From assembly GCA_028534125.1 (NCBI GenBank), contig CM052817.1, positions 66,094,001 to 66,158,000 on the forward strand: a stretch of DNA of 64,000 nucleotides. Reading direction: 5' to 3'. The translations under genes and the position numbers were made by a program. Source of the stretch: Lama glama. Its lineage: Eukaryota. Positions 25,285 to 35,805 of the stretch are shown piece after piece. Within the stretch, counting starts at the first letter, position 1. Each line of letters starts with the position of its first letter. Below the pieces are notes generated by a model. That model saw nothing but the letters and a program-made list of their open reading frames with translations. It did no database searches and had not been told where the DNA came from.

Positions 25285-26193
25285 CTAAAAGGCACAGAAA
25301 ACATTCTGTACTTTCAAATCAGGGAGCAAACACAATTTTTATTGTAATTTTTATTTTTCACTAGAACCTTTATGTTCACATCTACCACATGATTAGTCAT
25401 CCGTACAGATTGAAATCTGGACAGCTGGAGATGTTTTTATTCAGTTGCTTTTAAACAAACAGTAACCAAACGTCATTTAAAATATGTGGGTTAAAATGTC
25501 ATACCTATGCATCAATAGACATAAACTTGCTAAAGCAAGTTCTCTCGGCATCTCAATAAAGCCACATGTCCTCCCTAATCAAAAGAAAAACAAAAACAAA
25601 AACAAAAGCAAAAAAACCCTTCAAATCACAAATCTGAACACTGATAGTAGACAAGGCCTGCTGTCTACCGATGCTTCACCATACTCAACTGTCTCCCACC
25701 TGACTGCAGTGAAATCTGTAATCTCCCACCCAGCAGAGAGAATTTACAGGTTGCTCTCAGGTAAACACAGAATGCAGTATTCCTGCAATATTCATTTGGC
25801 CATAAAAGATTGTTTTTAAACAATTCTTATACTGGATCTGCTTCTCTGAAGTCAAGAGTTGTCAAGTGTTGGAAGAGCTGATGACCTCCCGACCACCTTT
25901 TCTATTAAAGATGAACAATTCATGTATTTTCCCACATACAGATTTGCATCTACTCTGACCAGCTGATAAAGAAATGGAGTAAAAGGAGTACGACCCCTGC
26001 ACAGATCGAATCACTGCAGATCCATGTTTCTGGATGGCTCTCCCTTCTTAGGTTTAAACAGATGAATGGCTCCCCCTGCTTACACCACATTACATAAACC
26101 AATGTTCCAAATTTTCTGAAACAATGATACACATTTCAAAGAATTAATTAACAAGACTATTTCCTTCTCCCTTCCCTTTCAAATGCCAGAGTG

Positions 26194-26285
26194 GTGTGTG
26201 TGTGTGCGCGCGCGCACAAATACATATATATAAATACATACATTTACATACAGAAAATGTATGTCCGCACATACACACATACATA
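26194..26285. repeat. Compound (GT)6(GC)5 plus degenerate (TA)/(CA) repeat
   Basis: Directly visible. Confidence 0.9.
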
Positions 26286-26329
26286 TGTTTCACAGTTTTC
26301 TAACATGCAGGGGTGTTGTCCATTCCTAT

Positions 26330-26735
26330 CTCGGTATAACAGCTCTCTCAAGACCACGGAACATGACCCACAAAGTCAACCGGCGGAGGTCCTGAACTTA
26401 GCGGCGGCTGCTGTGAATCACGCCATTAGTCAGCGGTGGCGTGAATCATCGGAAAGCAGTCCAGGGAGCACAGACCAAGAACTTGCAGTCTTTCAACAAC
26501 GGGTTTAGCGGACAACTTACACAACAAAAACAAAAAAGCAAAACAGCATAAACTCCAGTACCGAAACTGCACAGCTAAAGCATGTGCTCTGTAGAGAAAA
26601 CTGTACAAAAGCCAACAAATATATCTTCAAGCAAATGCACACAAACGCCGACCACGATCTTGGCATGGCTTTCACTCAGACACCTGACACCTATGAAACA
26701 TTGCATACTCCATGGAGGGGATCACAAATTCGTCA
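26330..26735. promoter_or_regulatory. CpG-enriched putative enhancer or alternative promoter
   Basis: I count 17 CpGs in about 400 bp, against a CpG-poor background. It contains inverted TNGCGTG motifs and AP-1-like TGAATCA/TTAGTCA motifs. Confidence 0.45.
26521..26588 (-). other. Candidate alternative or cassette exon (68 nt; 80 nt using the upstream AG at 26601-26602)
   Basis: Minus strand: GGCTTTTGTACAGTTTTCTCTACAG|AGCACATG...TTTTTGTTGT|GTAAGT. It lies about 1.2 kb upstream of the 118-nt exon, in CpG-enriched unique sequence. Confidence 0.4.
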
Positions 26736-27608
26736 GGTCATAAAGTTTTGCACCTGGAAATATTTACTATGCTAAAAAGCTACCAAGAAGGTAGAAAAAT
26801 CACGGTGTCTTAGGCACAGAGGTTAGAGAGGTGATTATTTTAATAAAAGTCAAATCACTGATTAAAAAACATAAACTTGCTTACATAGTAGAAGGGGCTC
26901 TTGATCCAAACTCACAGTGTCTGCAGACCCTAGTTTCATTTCAAAACGGAACTCTATACACGCTACAGGTTTCTCTAGATGCAGAATTTTGCCAAAGGGT
27001 TTATTTTAACCACCCCTCCCATACTGATTTAGTTACACCAAAGCAATAAAAAAATTAAGTATAAGCAATTCAGCTTCAGCAGTCCCAGTCAGCTATGACA
27101 AGCCAGCAAGGGGGATCTGGAGACCTACAAAAGGAACCCAGACCTTTAGCAAGGTCTGAGTAAGCGGGTCAGCTGTCACCTGTGACAGGGTCCGGCCTCT
27201 CTGGAAGGAGAGTGCATTAGCTACAGGAGCCTAGGGTCAGTTTTCAACAGCTGGGACTCGAGCCTTTAGGCTTTTAAAAGTCATTGGTAATTTATTTTTC
27301 TAGTGGAAAACATACATTCTCCAGCAAGTTTTAGGACGTAGACAGGGGAAAAAAGATGTGTGTGTAATATTAATATATTTCTTCTCTTAAAAGTAAAAGA
27401 AAAAAGCACTTCAAGTCTATGTTTACTAAACATTTAACATTTCAAGATTAAGTTAAAAGGTCATTCTCAAATCCATATATCATTTCTCAAACCCAACAAC
27501 CGGGGGTGGGGGGGGGACTACCAGCAGAAATAGCTAAGCCAATTTATCTTGTTTTACTAAAGTTTAAATTTTTGCGAATAGCCATCAGCTTTACATCTCT
27601 GGCGACTT

Positions 27609-27694
27609 TCTTTTTTAATGGAGGTACTGGGGATTGAACCAGGACCTCACGCATGCTAAGCATGTGCTCTACCACTGAACTATCACTGTCCCCC
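27609..27694 (-). mobile_element. Vic-1-type SINE (short form)
   Basis: ggaggtactggggattgaaccaggacctcacgcatgctaagcatgtgctctaccactgaactat matches the other two copies and is preceded by a T-tract. Confidence 0.88.
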
Positions 27695-28106
27695 ATCCTC
27701 ATTACTTTAAAGACATTTAAATATGCTGAAGTATTAGAAACATTAGAAATGTGACTGAAAAGTCACATTTTTCTAGACTCATTTTAACGTATACATTCAG
27801 CGCTGAACCACCAAAAGAAATAGAAATGAGAGTCTTGAGAAAGAACTGATGATCTTCTTGACAAAGATCTTGTTTTGAAAATAGTCAGCATGGAAACACA
27901 AGGTTCTGATCAAAACAGTGGCCAAAAAAAGTCTAATTTTCTTAGAATGCAGTCCAGCCCTTCGTGTGGGAGTATGAAGCACAGGTGCCTGGGACAGCCT
28001 GTCTTCTGCTCCTAGTCAACTCTACAGAGTCTTCTGCTTTAAGGACCCATCATTCCACACCCAGGGCAAGCAAGGGGCTTACCATTTCAATTGGTACAGG
28101 CACAGA

Positions 28107-28133
28107 ATTATTATTATTATTATTATTATTATT
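28107..28133. repeat. (ATT)9 microsatellite
   Basis: Directly visible. Confidence 0.95.
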
Positions 28134-29253
28134 GATTTATTTATTTTGCTTTTCCAAGATATAGGCATCGTGTGGCATAAAAAAATATATAATAGAGCTA
28201 GTTGTCTATTAACTTTTTAAACCAATGTGGGGAAAGTGCCTAAATACATTTTCGGTAAATTTGTCCCAAGACAAACTTGTAAGTTATCTTGCTATTCAAT
28301 GGTTGGTAACTTAAGTTCTAAGTAATCTCAAAAAAGGCCAATGAGAAAAACAGTTTCAAGAGCCCAGTTCCACCCGCCTTATACCTTTTTTCCCCTCCTT
28401 GCATGGACTTTTGAAGTCAGACAGGTTGAGGAGATGGTCACCTTCAAGAAAGCCCTTTGCCCTGCCAGGCGAAAGTCATGCCAGCAACCAAAGTAGAATC
28501 TGATATAAAAATAGGAGCTGAAGGAATCCAGGGGAAGCAAAGCACATGGTGTGGCCAGAAGTTCTGAGGGCCAACAGTGCAAAAGAGGCAACAGAAGCTT
28601 ATGGCTACATCTCAAGGAGCTACAGAATTTACCTCTCCAACCACATGAATCAGTGAATTAATAAACCACTAAGGTGGCCAGGTGTTAGGCTGAAAAACTG
28701 AAGTGCATAGATTGTTTGGTGTTGCAGAGTTACACATAAAGGACATTAATCTTCCCCTTTTTTACATGTCAGTTTATACATAAAGGCCATTTAGTTTACT
28801 GAGGTAAAATAATGGTTACTCACCTTCTCCCTGGAAAAAGAGACTGCAAGGCTGTCAACACAAAATACTAAATATGAAATTAATACCATTTAACATCAAT
28901 ATAGGACACTAAATTTGACATTCATCACTCTTATGTCACCTCAATTTTTAGGTACCCTAGGTCAAACAAATTCATAGATAACAATATTTTTAAAAAGGAT
29001 GAAAGGGGCATATCAAAATAGTGCTACCAAAAGCAGAAATAAATTTAAGGGGTATACAGGAGTCAAAAGCATGCTAGTCACAAAGGCATGATGATGACTG
29101 TGAGGTAGTAAAAATATTACTTGTATATTTAAAAAAATAAAGGAAGCAGCTGTCTAAACATTTTAGCTTTTTTTCCCAAAAATGTTTATACGCTGTTCTG
29201 AGGACAGAAATAATTCAAGCTGAGGCAATGTTTTAACCCATTAGATCTCTCAT

Positions 29254-29288
29254 ACACACACACACACACACAATCACAATCACACACA
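29254..29288. repeat. (CA)n microsatellite with degenerate tail
   Basis: Directly visible. Confidence 0.9.
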
Positions 29289-29619
29289 ATGGAGTGCCTT
29301 GTGTCCCCTCCTCCTTCCCCTTTTTGATTTGAGGCATTTCCTCTCAACTTGGCTGCAAAAAGGAAATCCTGAAAGTGAGGGTCAGTCATCAACAAATATC
29401 TGTCACTCCCCAGCGGTGCAAGATAAGACTAAAAAACTTTAAGCTCTTACCTGCTGGCTTCAATTTTTTAAAAAAAGGAACATGGCACGGGCATGCTATC
29501 TTTTACAAACCACCATTATAAATTTAATGCCAATCCTATTTTATTAAAAAGATAAATCTACATTAAAATATACCTATGAAGCACAATTACAACAAAAAGA
29601 GCTCCAATCTAGAAGCTGC

Positions 29620-30620
29620 ATTTCTACTTTCATATTTCCTTCATCTTTATATGTCAAAATACCTATTGGTTGCATAGATGTAATCATGCTTCCCTTATCA
29701 TTTTGTATGCTGTATCTTCACTTAATAGTTCATTATAATCATTTCCATATGCCCCACATATTTGTAGTTATAATTTCACTAAGAATTCCATAATATTCCA
29801 CAAATTTAATAAGCTATTTATTCACTTGGTTACTTATTTCTACATTGTCTTCTTACAGAAGAGGCTATCATTTTAAATAGTGGAATCACTGTCATTTGGG
29901 GTGGATGATCATAATTTCGATTATTCTGTTGTGGACACTCAGGGTGTTCCCAGTATTTTTTTTTCCCATTGTATCGAAACCTGCAACAAGCAACTTCATG
30001 TAATACAGTTCCCTTTCTCAGCTGAATCATTTCTTCCTAACAAATCAAAGGTTGTAAACAATTTTAATTTATTTTTAATATTTTTAAAAATTTTAATTTA
30101 ATTTTATTTTTTGTGTAGGGGGAGGTAATCAGGTTTATTTATTTTTTAGAGGAGTACTGGGGATTGAACCCAGGACCTAGTGCATGCTAGGCATGCGCTC
30201 TACCACTGAGCTATACCCTTCCCCATAAACAATTTTTAGTAACTATAATGCCTGACTGCTTTACACAATGTTCATATCTATTTATAACATCAGGAGTGGT
30301 TAAAGTAAAACAAAATATCCAGCAATTATTTCAGTATTGAGACAGCCTCTGTAGTCAATTTTTTAAATGCTCTTAATTTTTTTCCACTTTTTAGGAATTA
30401 AATAAATAATGCATACTTCTAGATAGACTTTGAACACACATTTGCCAGAGTCTAAAGTGAAATCAATATTCTCCCAACTCCTAAAACCCACTCTTTGTTA
30501 TGAGCACTGTTAACAATTTAGAGCAAGTCTTTTCACACCTTTTCTTTTGTATATATAACCATGTATGTACATATGTAGGATTTTTAAACTTTTCTTTCAT
30601 TTTACAACACTAAATTTCTC
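29620..30620 (-). mobile_element. Degenerate L1ME-like 3' region, interrupted by a Vic-1 SINE
   Basis: T-rich diverged sequence with L1ME-like antisense motifs. Confidence 0.4.
30066..30224 (-). mobile_element. Vic-1-type SINE (long-tail form) inserted into an old L1
   Basis: Same tRNA-like body with a long AT-rich tail. TSD taaacaatttt on both sides (about 30055-30065 and 30226-30236). Confidence 0.9.
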
Positions 30621-31299
30621 CCTGTCTTCAAGTATGAACTTATAATATGGCCTCTATGCCTTTTGTAATGCAACTCTTACTTAAATATCACTTGATTCCA
30701 GTTATACATTCAGTATAGCAACATCACTAAGTGTCGTAGCAATTTTCAGTTAACTATCACTCATGGATAACCTAAAACAATAGATAACCCCCAAATTTTA
30801 ACACTGGAGTTTGTGTGTGTATGTGTGTGTATCAGAATTACCTTCCTAACTACGTTTAAGATCACTAATAAAATGGCCTTGCATGCCCTAAGATCACGTT
30901 GCTAGGGCAGTTCAAGGAAATGTTTAAGAAGGAAGCTAGCCTGACATCAGAAACGTGTGACCCACATGTGGACAACCAAGACTGTAGAATACCAACACTG
31001 TTCCTAACAAGACAAAAGAGTGACCGACAATTTTGAAAGAAATGAGAAACACAGAGTTACAAGTCAGCAAAAGTTCATAAGGCTTGCCAGGAAGAAACTA
31101 GCAAAAATCTTGGAAAGAGTGGTTTCTCTAAAGGGTATAACTGTATTACTAATTTGATTAAACCATGAGACACGCTCTGTAAGGAACATCACTTCTGTCA
31201 TTTCTGTATCGTTTGCCTGGTGCATTCACAGCAGTTTCCTGTGGTGATCCATGCCTGTCATCAGCCATACAATCGAGGTAGAATTGCCACCCAAATTAA

Positions 31300-31650
31300 A
31301 CATCCCTTCCGCATCTGCTATCCCATTGCTATGTTTTATTTTTAACAATACTTATTACTTACTGCTGTTTTCTTGTTTACTTACTTAATATATGTCTTCT
31401 CCCACACGAATGTAAGCTTAAGAAAGGGCACTGTCTCTTTATTCCTTCATTCATGCCAAAGAGTATTTATTGAGCACCTACATATGCTAGAAAAGGGTAT
31501 AGAGTATTGAAAACAGGTAAAAATGTGTGCCCTGGTGAAACTCACATTGTAACAAGAAGAGAAAGACAATCCACTAGGAGCGTAAAATATAGAGTGTGTT
31601 AGAAGGTAATGTGTGCTGTGGAGAAAAATAAAAGAAGGAAGGAACACAGA
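31300..31650. mobile_element. Two tail-to-tail L2 3' fragments
   Basis: Plus-strand gaatgtaagctt...ggcactgtct, then minus-strand cattcat...tatttattgagcacctac. Confidence 0.6.
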
Positions 31651-31699
31651 GAATGCCCGCAGTGAGAGTGGAGGTGCACGGCTGCAACTGAAATACCAT

Positions 31700-32070
31700 C
31701 TCCAGCACCTAAAAGAGAACATGCAGACAGTGGATGAATACTGGCTCATGGAATAAGCCTGCCTGGCAAAAGCCAAAGAGCATAGCCCAACTCCCTGGAA
31801 ACAGTGATTCGCTTTGAAATGTGTGGATAACAAGACCAGAGTCATTCAGACACAAGAGACACTGGAGCAGGCAAGCACCACTGTATTTGGTGTGAACATG
31901 TAAGATTTGGAGCGACTGTAGCCATTTTGCAATCATGAGAATAAAGCCATCAAGGTAGAAAGGCAGAGCCTAAGAGAGCAAAGGTACCAGCACTGGTGAC
32001 ATCATTTGACTGTCTGGTTCAATTGATTTCCAAAGATCTGACCATTGACTGTGCTATGCAGTTGCTTCAG
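31700..32070 (+). mobile_element. Old ERVL/MaLR LTR fragment (LTR33/MLT1-like)
   Basis: gtagccattttgcaatcatgag...ggcagagc...ctggtgacatcatttga. Confidence 0.4.
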
Positions 32071-32681
32071 GCAAGAAGAGCCTCGGAGAAGTTGATTTTC
32101 TATGTTCTCCCTTCTCCAATCTTTTACCACTGAATAAAGCTTGTGTTTTATCAAAAAATAAAAATTTAAAAAAAATTAATGAGCTTCTAAATCAACTATA
32201 TCAGCTCTTCTATGTGGAGAGAAACAACTTGCTTTGCTTTCACTAACAGGATTTCTCCTAGTGGCCATTTCCTCATTTGGAAAAGTTAGAGTCACTGTTG
32301 TGATGTTGTTTCATCCACTCTGAGCTGGGTTTCCTATCACTTGCAATCTAATGAGTCTGTACTGACATGCATTCCAATTTACTACATAAATATAATACAG
32401 TCTTCCCAGCACACATCATGATTATCGGTATAACCTTGTTTGAGTTTGGAATATTTCCTCTACCTTCCACTCCCAGCCTCACCTCTCTGACAATCCATAG
32501 CCTACTTCCCTATCTCTTTCACAAAGCTTTACCTGTTAACTCATTCACTGTTCATTCAGTCATTAAATACACATTTAGCAGGCCCTGACAGGCACTGAGA
32601 AAAAGAAAACTACTAAGGTACAGTCCTCATTCTTAAGGACACTTCAAAAAAGAATAATAATAAAAACAATCATCTTAATTT

Positions 32682-32958
32682 AAAAAAAAGGACACCATTG
32701 AACTTATCTACAAAACAGAAACAGATTCACAGACATAGAAAATAAACTTATGGTTACCAGGGAGTAAAGGGGGTGGAAAGGGATAAATGGGGAATTTGAA
32801 ATTGCACCTCTTGGGGCATGACAGAAGTGTTAACTATCTTGATTGTGGCAGTGGTTTCACTGGTGTCTACATCTACCAAAATTCATCAAATTGTACATTT
32901 GAAATACGTGTAGTTTACTGTACAGGAACCATACCACAATAAAGATGTTAAAAAAATT
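32682..32958 (+). mobile_element. Composite L1 3'UTR: young camelid-type segment joined to an older L1M 3' end
   Basis: gaacttatctacaaaacagaaacagattcacagacatagaaaataaacttatggttacc (young type) runs to about 32806. It is followed by tatcttgattgtggcagtggtttcac...caataaagatgttaaaaaaa (L1MC/MD/ME-type terminus with AATAAA). Confidence 0.7.
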
Positions 32959-35605
32959 GCTGCAAAAGCCAATGCAGACCTATGGCTGCTTGAACAGAAT
33001 GATGTGGAGGAGACAATGGCAGAGTGAAGGGTGGGTGATCAAATATGTCTTTCAGATGGCCCACAACTCCCCTCACTTCCTCTACAACCACTCATGGTAT
33101 CAACTTATAGTCCTACGTATACCCAGCCCCCAGCATGGGAGCATCTCTCCCCTAAAAGTTTCTAAGGTTCTTGAGGGCAGGAACTGTGTCCCATCCTTGT
33201 TATAAAAGGATGCTTTTATAAATCTTTTATTCTTCTTATAAATCTTCCCAACTTTTTGCTATATAATAGAGAATAAGTCTTCCAATAAATGTTTATTAAA
33301 TTCATATCTGGGTGTTTTGTTCTCAAACTTTTTTAAAGGACCATAGGTGATATATCTAGCCCTAGTTAAGATTCATTGCTTTTTGACAGAGTATTCATTT
33401 TCTCTTATCTGTTTTGACAGCTGAACGCTTATCAGAATTGCTCATCCTAAACGCCATGAGTACAGGCGCCTCTTCCCAAGACATCTCCACGTGGCCTCTA
33501 AATCAGCCTCTTTTTGTGGGTCGAAACAACTTTCGGCTTTGCTTTCACTGGCGGGAGTTCTCTTAGGAGCCAAAGAAGTGACTACTTTAGAGAATTCCAC
33601 TTTTGAGCGCCATACACAGGAGTCACTACACGGTGGCAATGAGTTAGACAATTTCAACTGCCACCATACTCCTGAATCAGGCTGTTCTCAATTTGGAAAA
33701 AAAAATTTTTAAAAGGATGATGAAGTAAGTATAGCTTTTAGTCCTTACAACAGAGCAAACAACAATTAACCCAAAACAGGGGGAGGGGGTAGGGCACACA
33801 ATATGTTCCTGAACAAAATTTCATGAATTCTTAAGAGCTGATGTGATTCAAAGGGGAAAAAACTGTTTTTCCCACATGGCGAACAGTGAATCTAGTTTGT
33901 GCTAAAGTGTTTTTCCATGTGATAATCTCATGTATCGTATCATAAAATCTGAATGTTTTAAAAATCTTTTTCCAAATCTACGTGGTCATTCATAGGCTAT
34001 CATTTACAAGTTTGATAAATCAATTTTCTAACCATACTGCCCAAATCTCATCGAGTATTTCAAAATGTTATATGAAAATTTTGGTACAATAGTACTCTTA
34101 GTGCTATAGTCAAAACATATTTTGGGTGAAGGAGGCTGCGGGAAGCCAGTCTAGAAACAAAACCCACACTTGTAACAATGTGTACCGTGGGCAAGCGCAT
34201 TCCGAAGCTCAGGGCAGGAAAGGGTAAGCAGCGTGGAAAGGTGCCCTGGTCTTCTCTCCGTTCTAATCCGGCTGGCCTTGAGTATTTTCCTTACTTACTT
34301 CCTGGCTCCACTCCAGCGATATCATAAACCCTATTTTCGCCTTCCCACATTTCCTCTTTTCCGTAAGACAATTTGGGCAGCGACTGACAGACCAGAGCCT
34401 GGTCCCACAGATGAGAAAAGCTCAGGAGCTCTTCATTCTTCAGACCTCCAAGGGACACCGACCAGCCCAGCCACGGCTGCGTCCTCTTAAGAAGGAGTGC
34501 CGCTCCTTTCTCTTTGCAGTGCCCCCTCCTCCCCAGTACATTCCCCCGTTTTCCCACATCTAGAAGATGCTCCTTTGCCAGCCTGCATGTCTGCTAGCAC
34601 GGAGTGGGAGGGAGAGCAGAACTGCCCCCAGAGGTCCATGCCTTCCTTTCACCCCCATCTAGACATGCAATCAGGTGACTCGGGCAAGTCACTTCAGTTC
34701 CTCGGGTCTCAGATGATCCGAGTGATTGCTAGATCACTCGCAGTTCAGTATTTTCATTCCCCATTTGTGAAACATTCCTACAGCTTTGCTTTCATTGCAT
34801 TTGCTCATCTGTTTCATGCTGTCTCTCTTCCGCTCAAAGAGAGCAGGGACAATGTCTGAGTTCTCAGGGACTAGCACTGGCCCTGGCAGGCACCTATGAG
34901 CCATGCTATATGCATAAGAAGAACGAATGTACATAGCCAGGAAAATCAGTATTTTAACATCTTAAAAGCAGGTCTGTTAAAGCAACAGGGAAAAAACAAT
35001 GATCTGATTTCAGCAGCCACTGAACTAAGACTATGTTACCTGTGGGATGCCAGCATAGCATCTTTGACTCTCCGTGTTAATACGGGGCAGAAAGAGCAGT
35101 GGTTCTCAAAGAGGAAGCAGAGTGGGAATGGGAGTAAGGGCATTGGAACCACTCATGAAAAGTGAGTGAGCTTATAGAAAGTGCTATGTTAGAGTGGGAC
35201 ACTAAGCATTCTCTTTTTGAGGAAGGCATTTATTTCCTCAAGTCATTCTGAAGCAGTGATGCTGTCAGCACATCATCTCAACCATGAACCATCAAATCAG
35301 ATGATCATTAAGGCCCATCTAGCTTTAGTAATATATAATCCCCGGACACATACTAAATTTTATCAAATCTGTACTATTTTTTTTCCAGGAGTACTTTAGT
35401 ATTATAATTTTATATCCACATGCTTAGATGCTAAAATTTTATGTCCTATAAATAGCAGATTTAGTGATTTACTTCATTAAGGCTTAAATTTTAGTCTCTA
35501 ATACCACTAACTTCTAAGAGTATATTTTTGTGAATATTAATGATGAAAAAATAAATACTGATCAAAAGAATATCTATATGGCAAGGAAGAGAAAGAGAGA
35601 CAGGG

Positions 35606-35805
35606 TAGGGTTTCTTAGCCTTGGCACTACTGACATTTGGGGCTGGACAACTCCTTGTTTTGGGGGGCTGTCCGGGCACTGCTTAGCAGAATCCCTGGCC
35701 TCCACTCACTAGACCCCAGTACTCAACCCCCAGTCCTCGTCATGACAATGAAAAATGCCTCCAGACATTGTCGACACCCCACCCCTGCCACACGGGAAAC
35801 CACTG
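35606..35805 (+). mobile_element. MER20 DNA transposon relic
   Basis: ggcactactgacatttggggctggacaactcc...aaaaatgcctccagacattg...gaaaccactg. Confidence 0.85.

Noticed and set aside
29440..29460. Minus-strand CAG|GTAAGA as a recursive splice site
   Set aside because: No polypyrimidine tract adjacent to the AG.
30150..30224. tRNA-Ala-like sequence (also 13225-13300 and 27619-27694)
   Set aside because: A-rich tails, TSDs and divergence show these are SINE copies, not tRNA genes.
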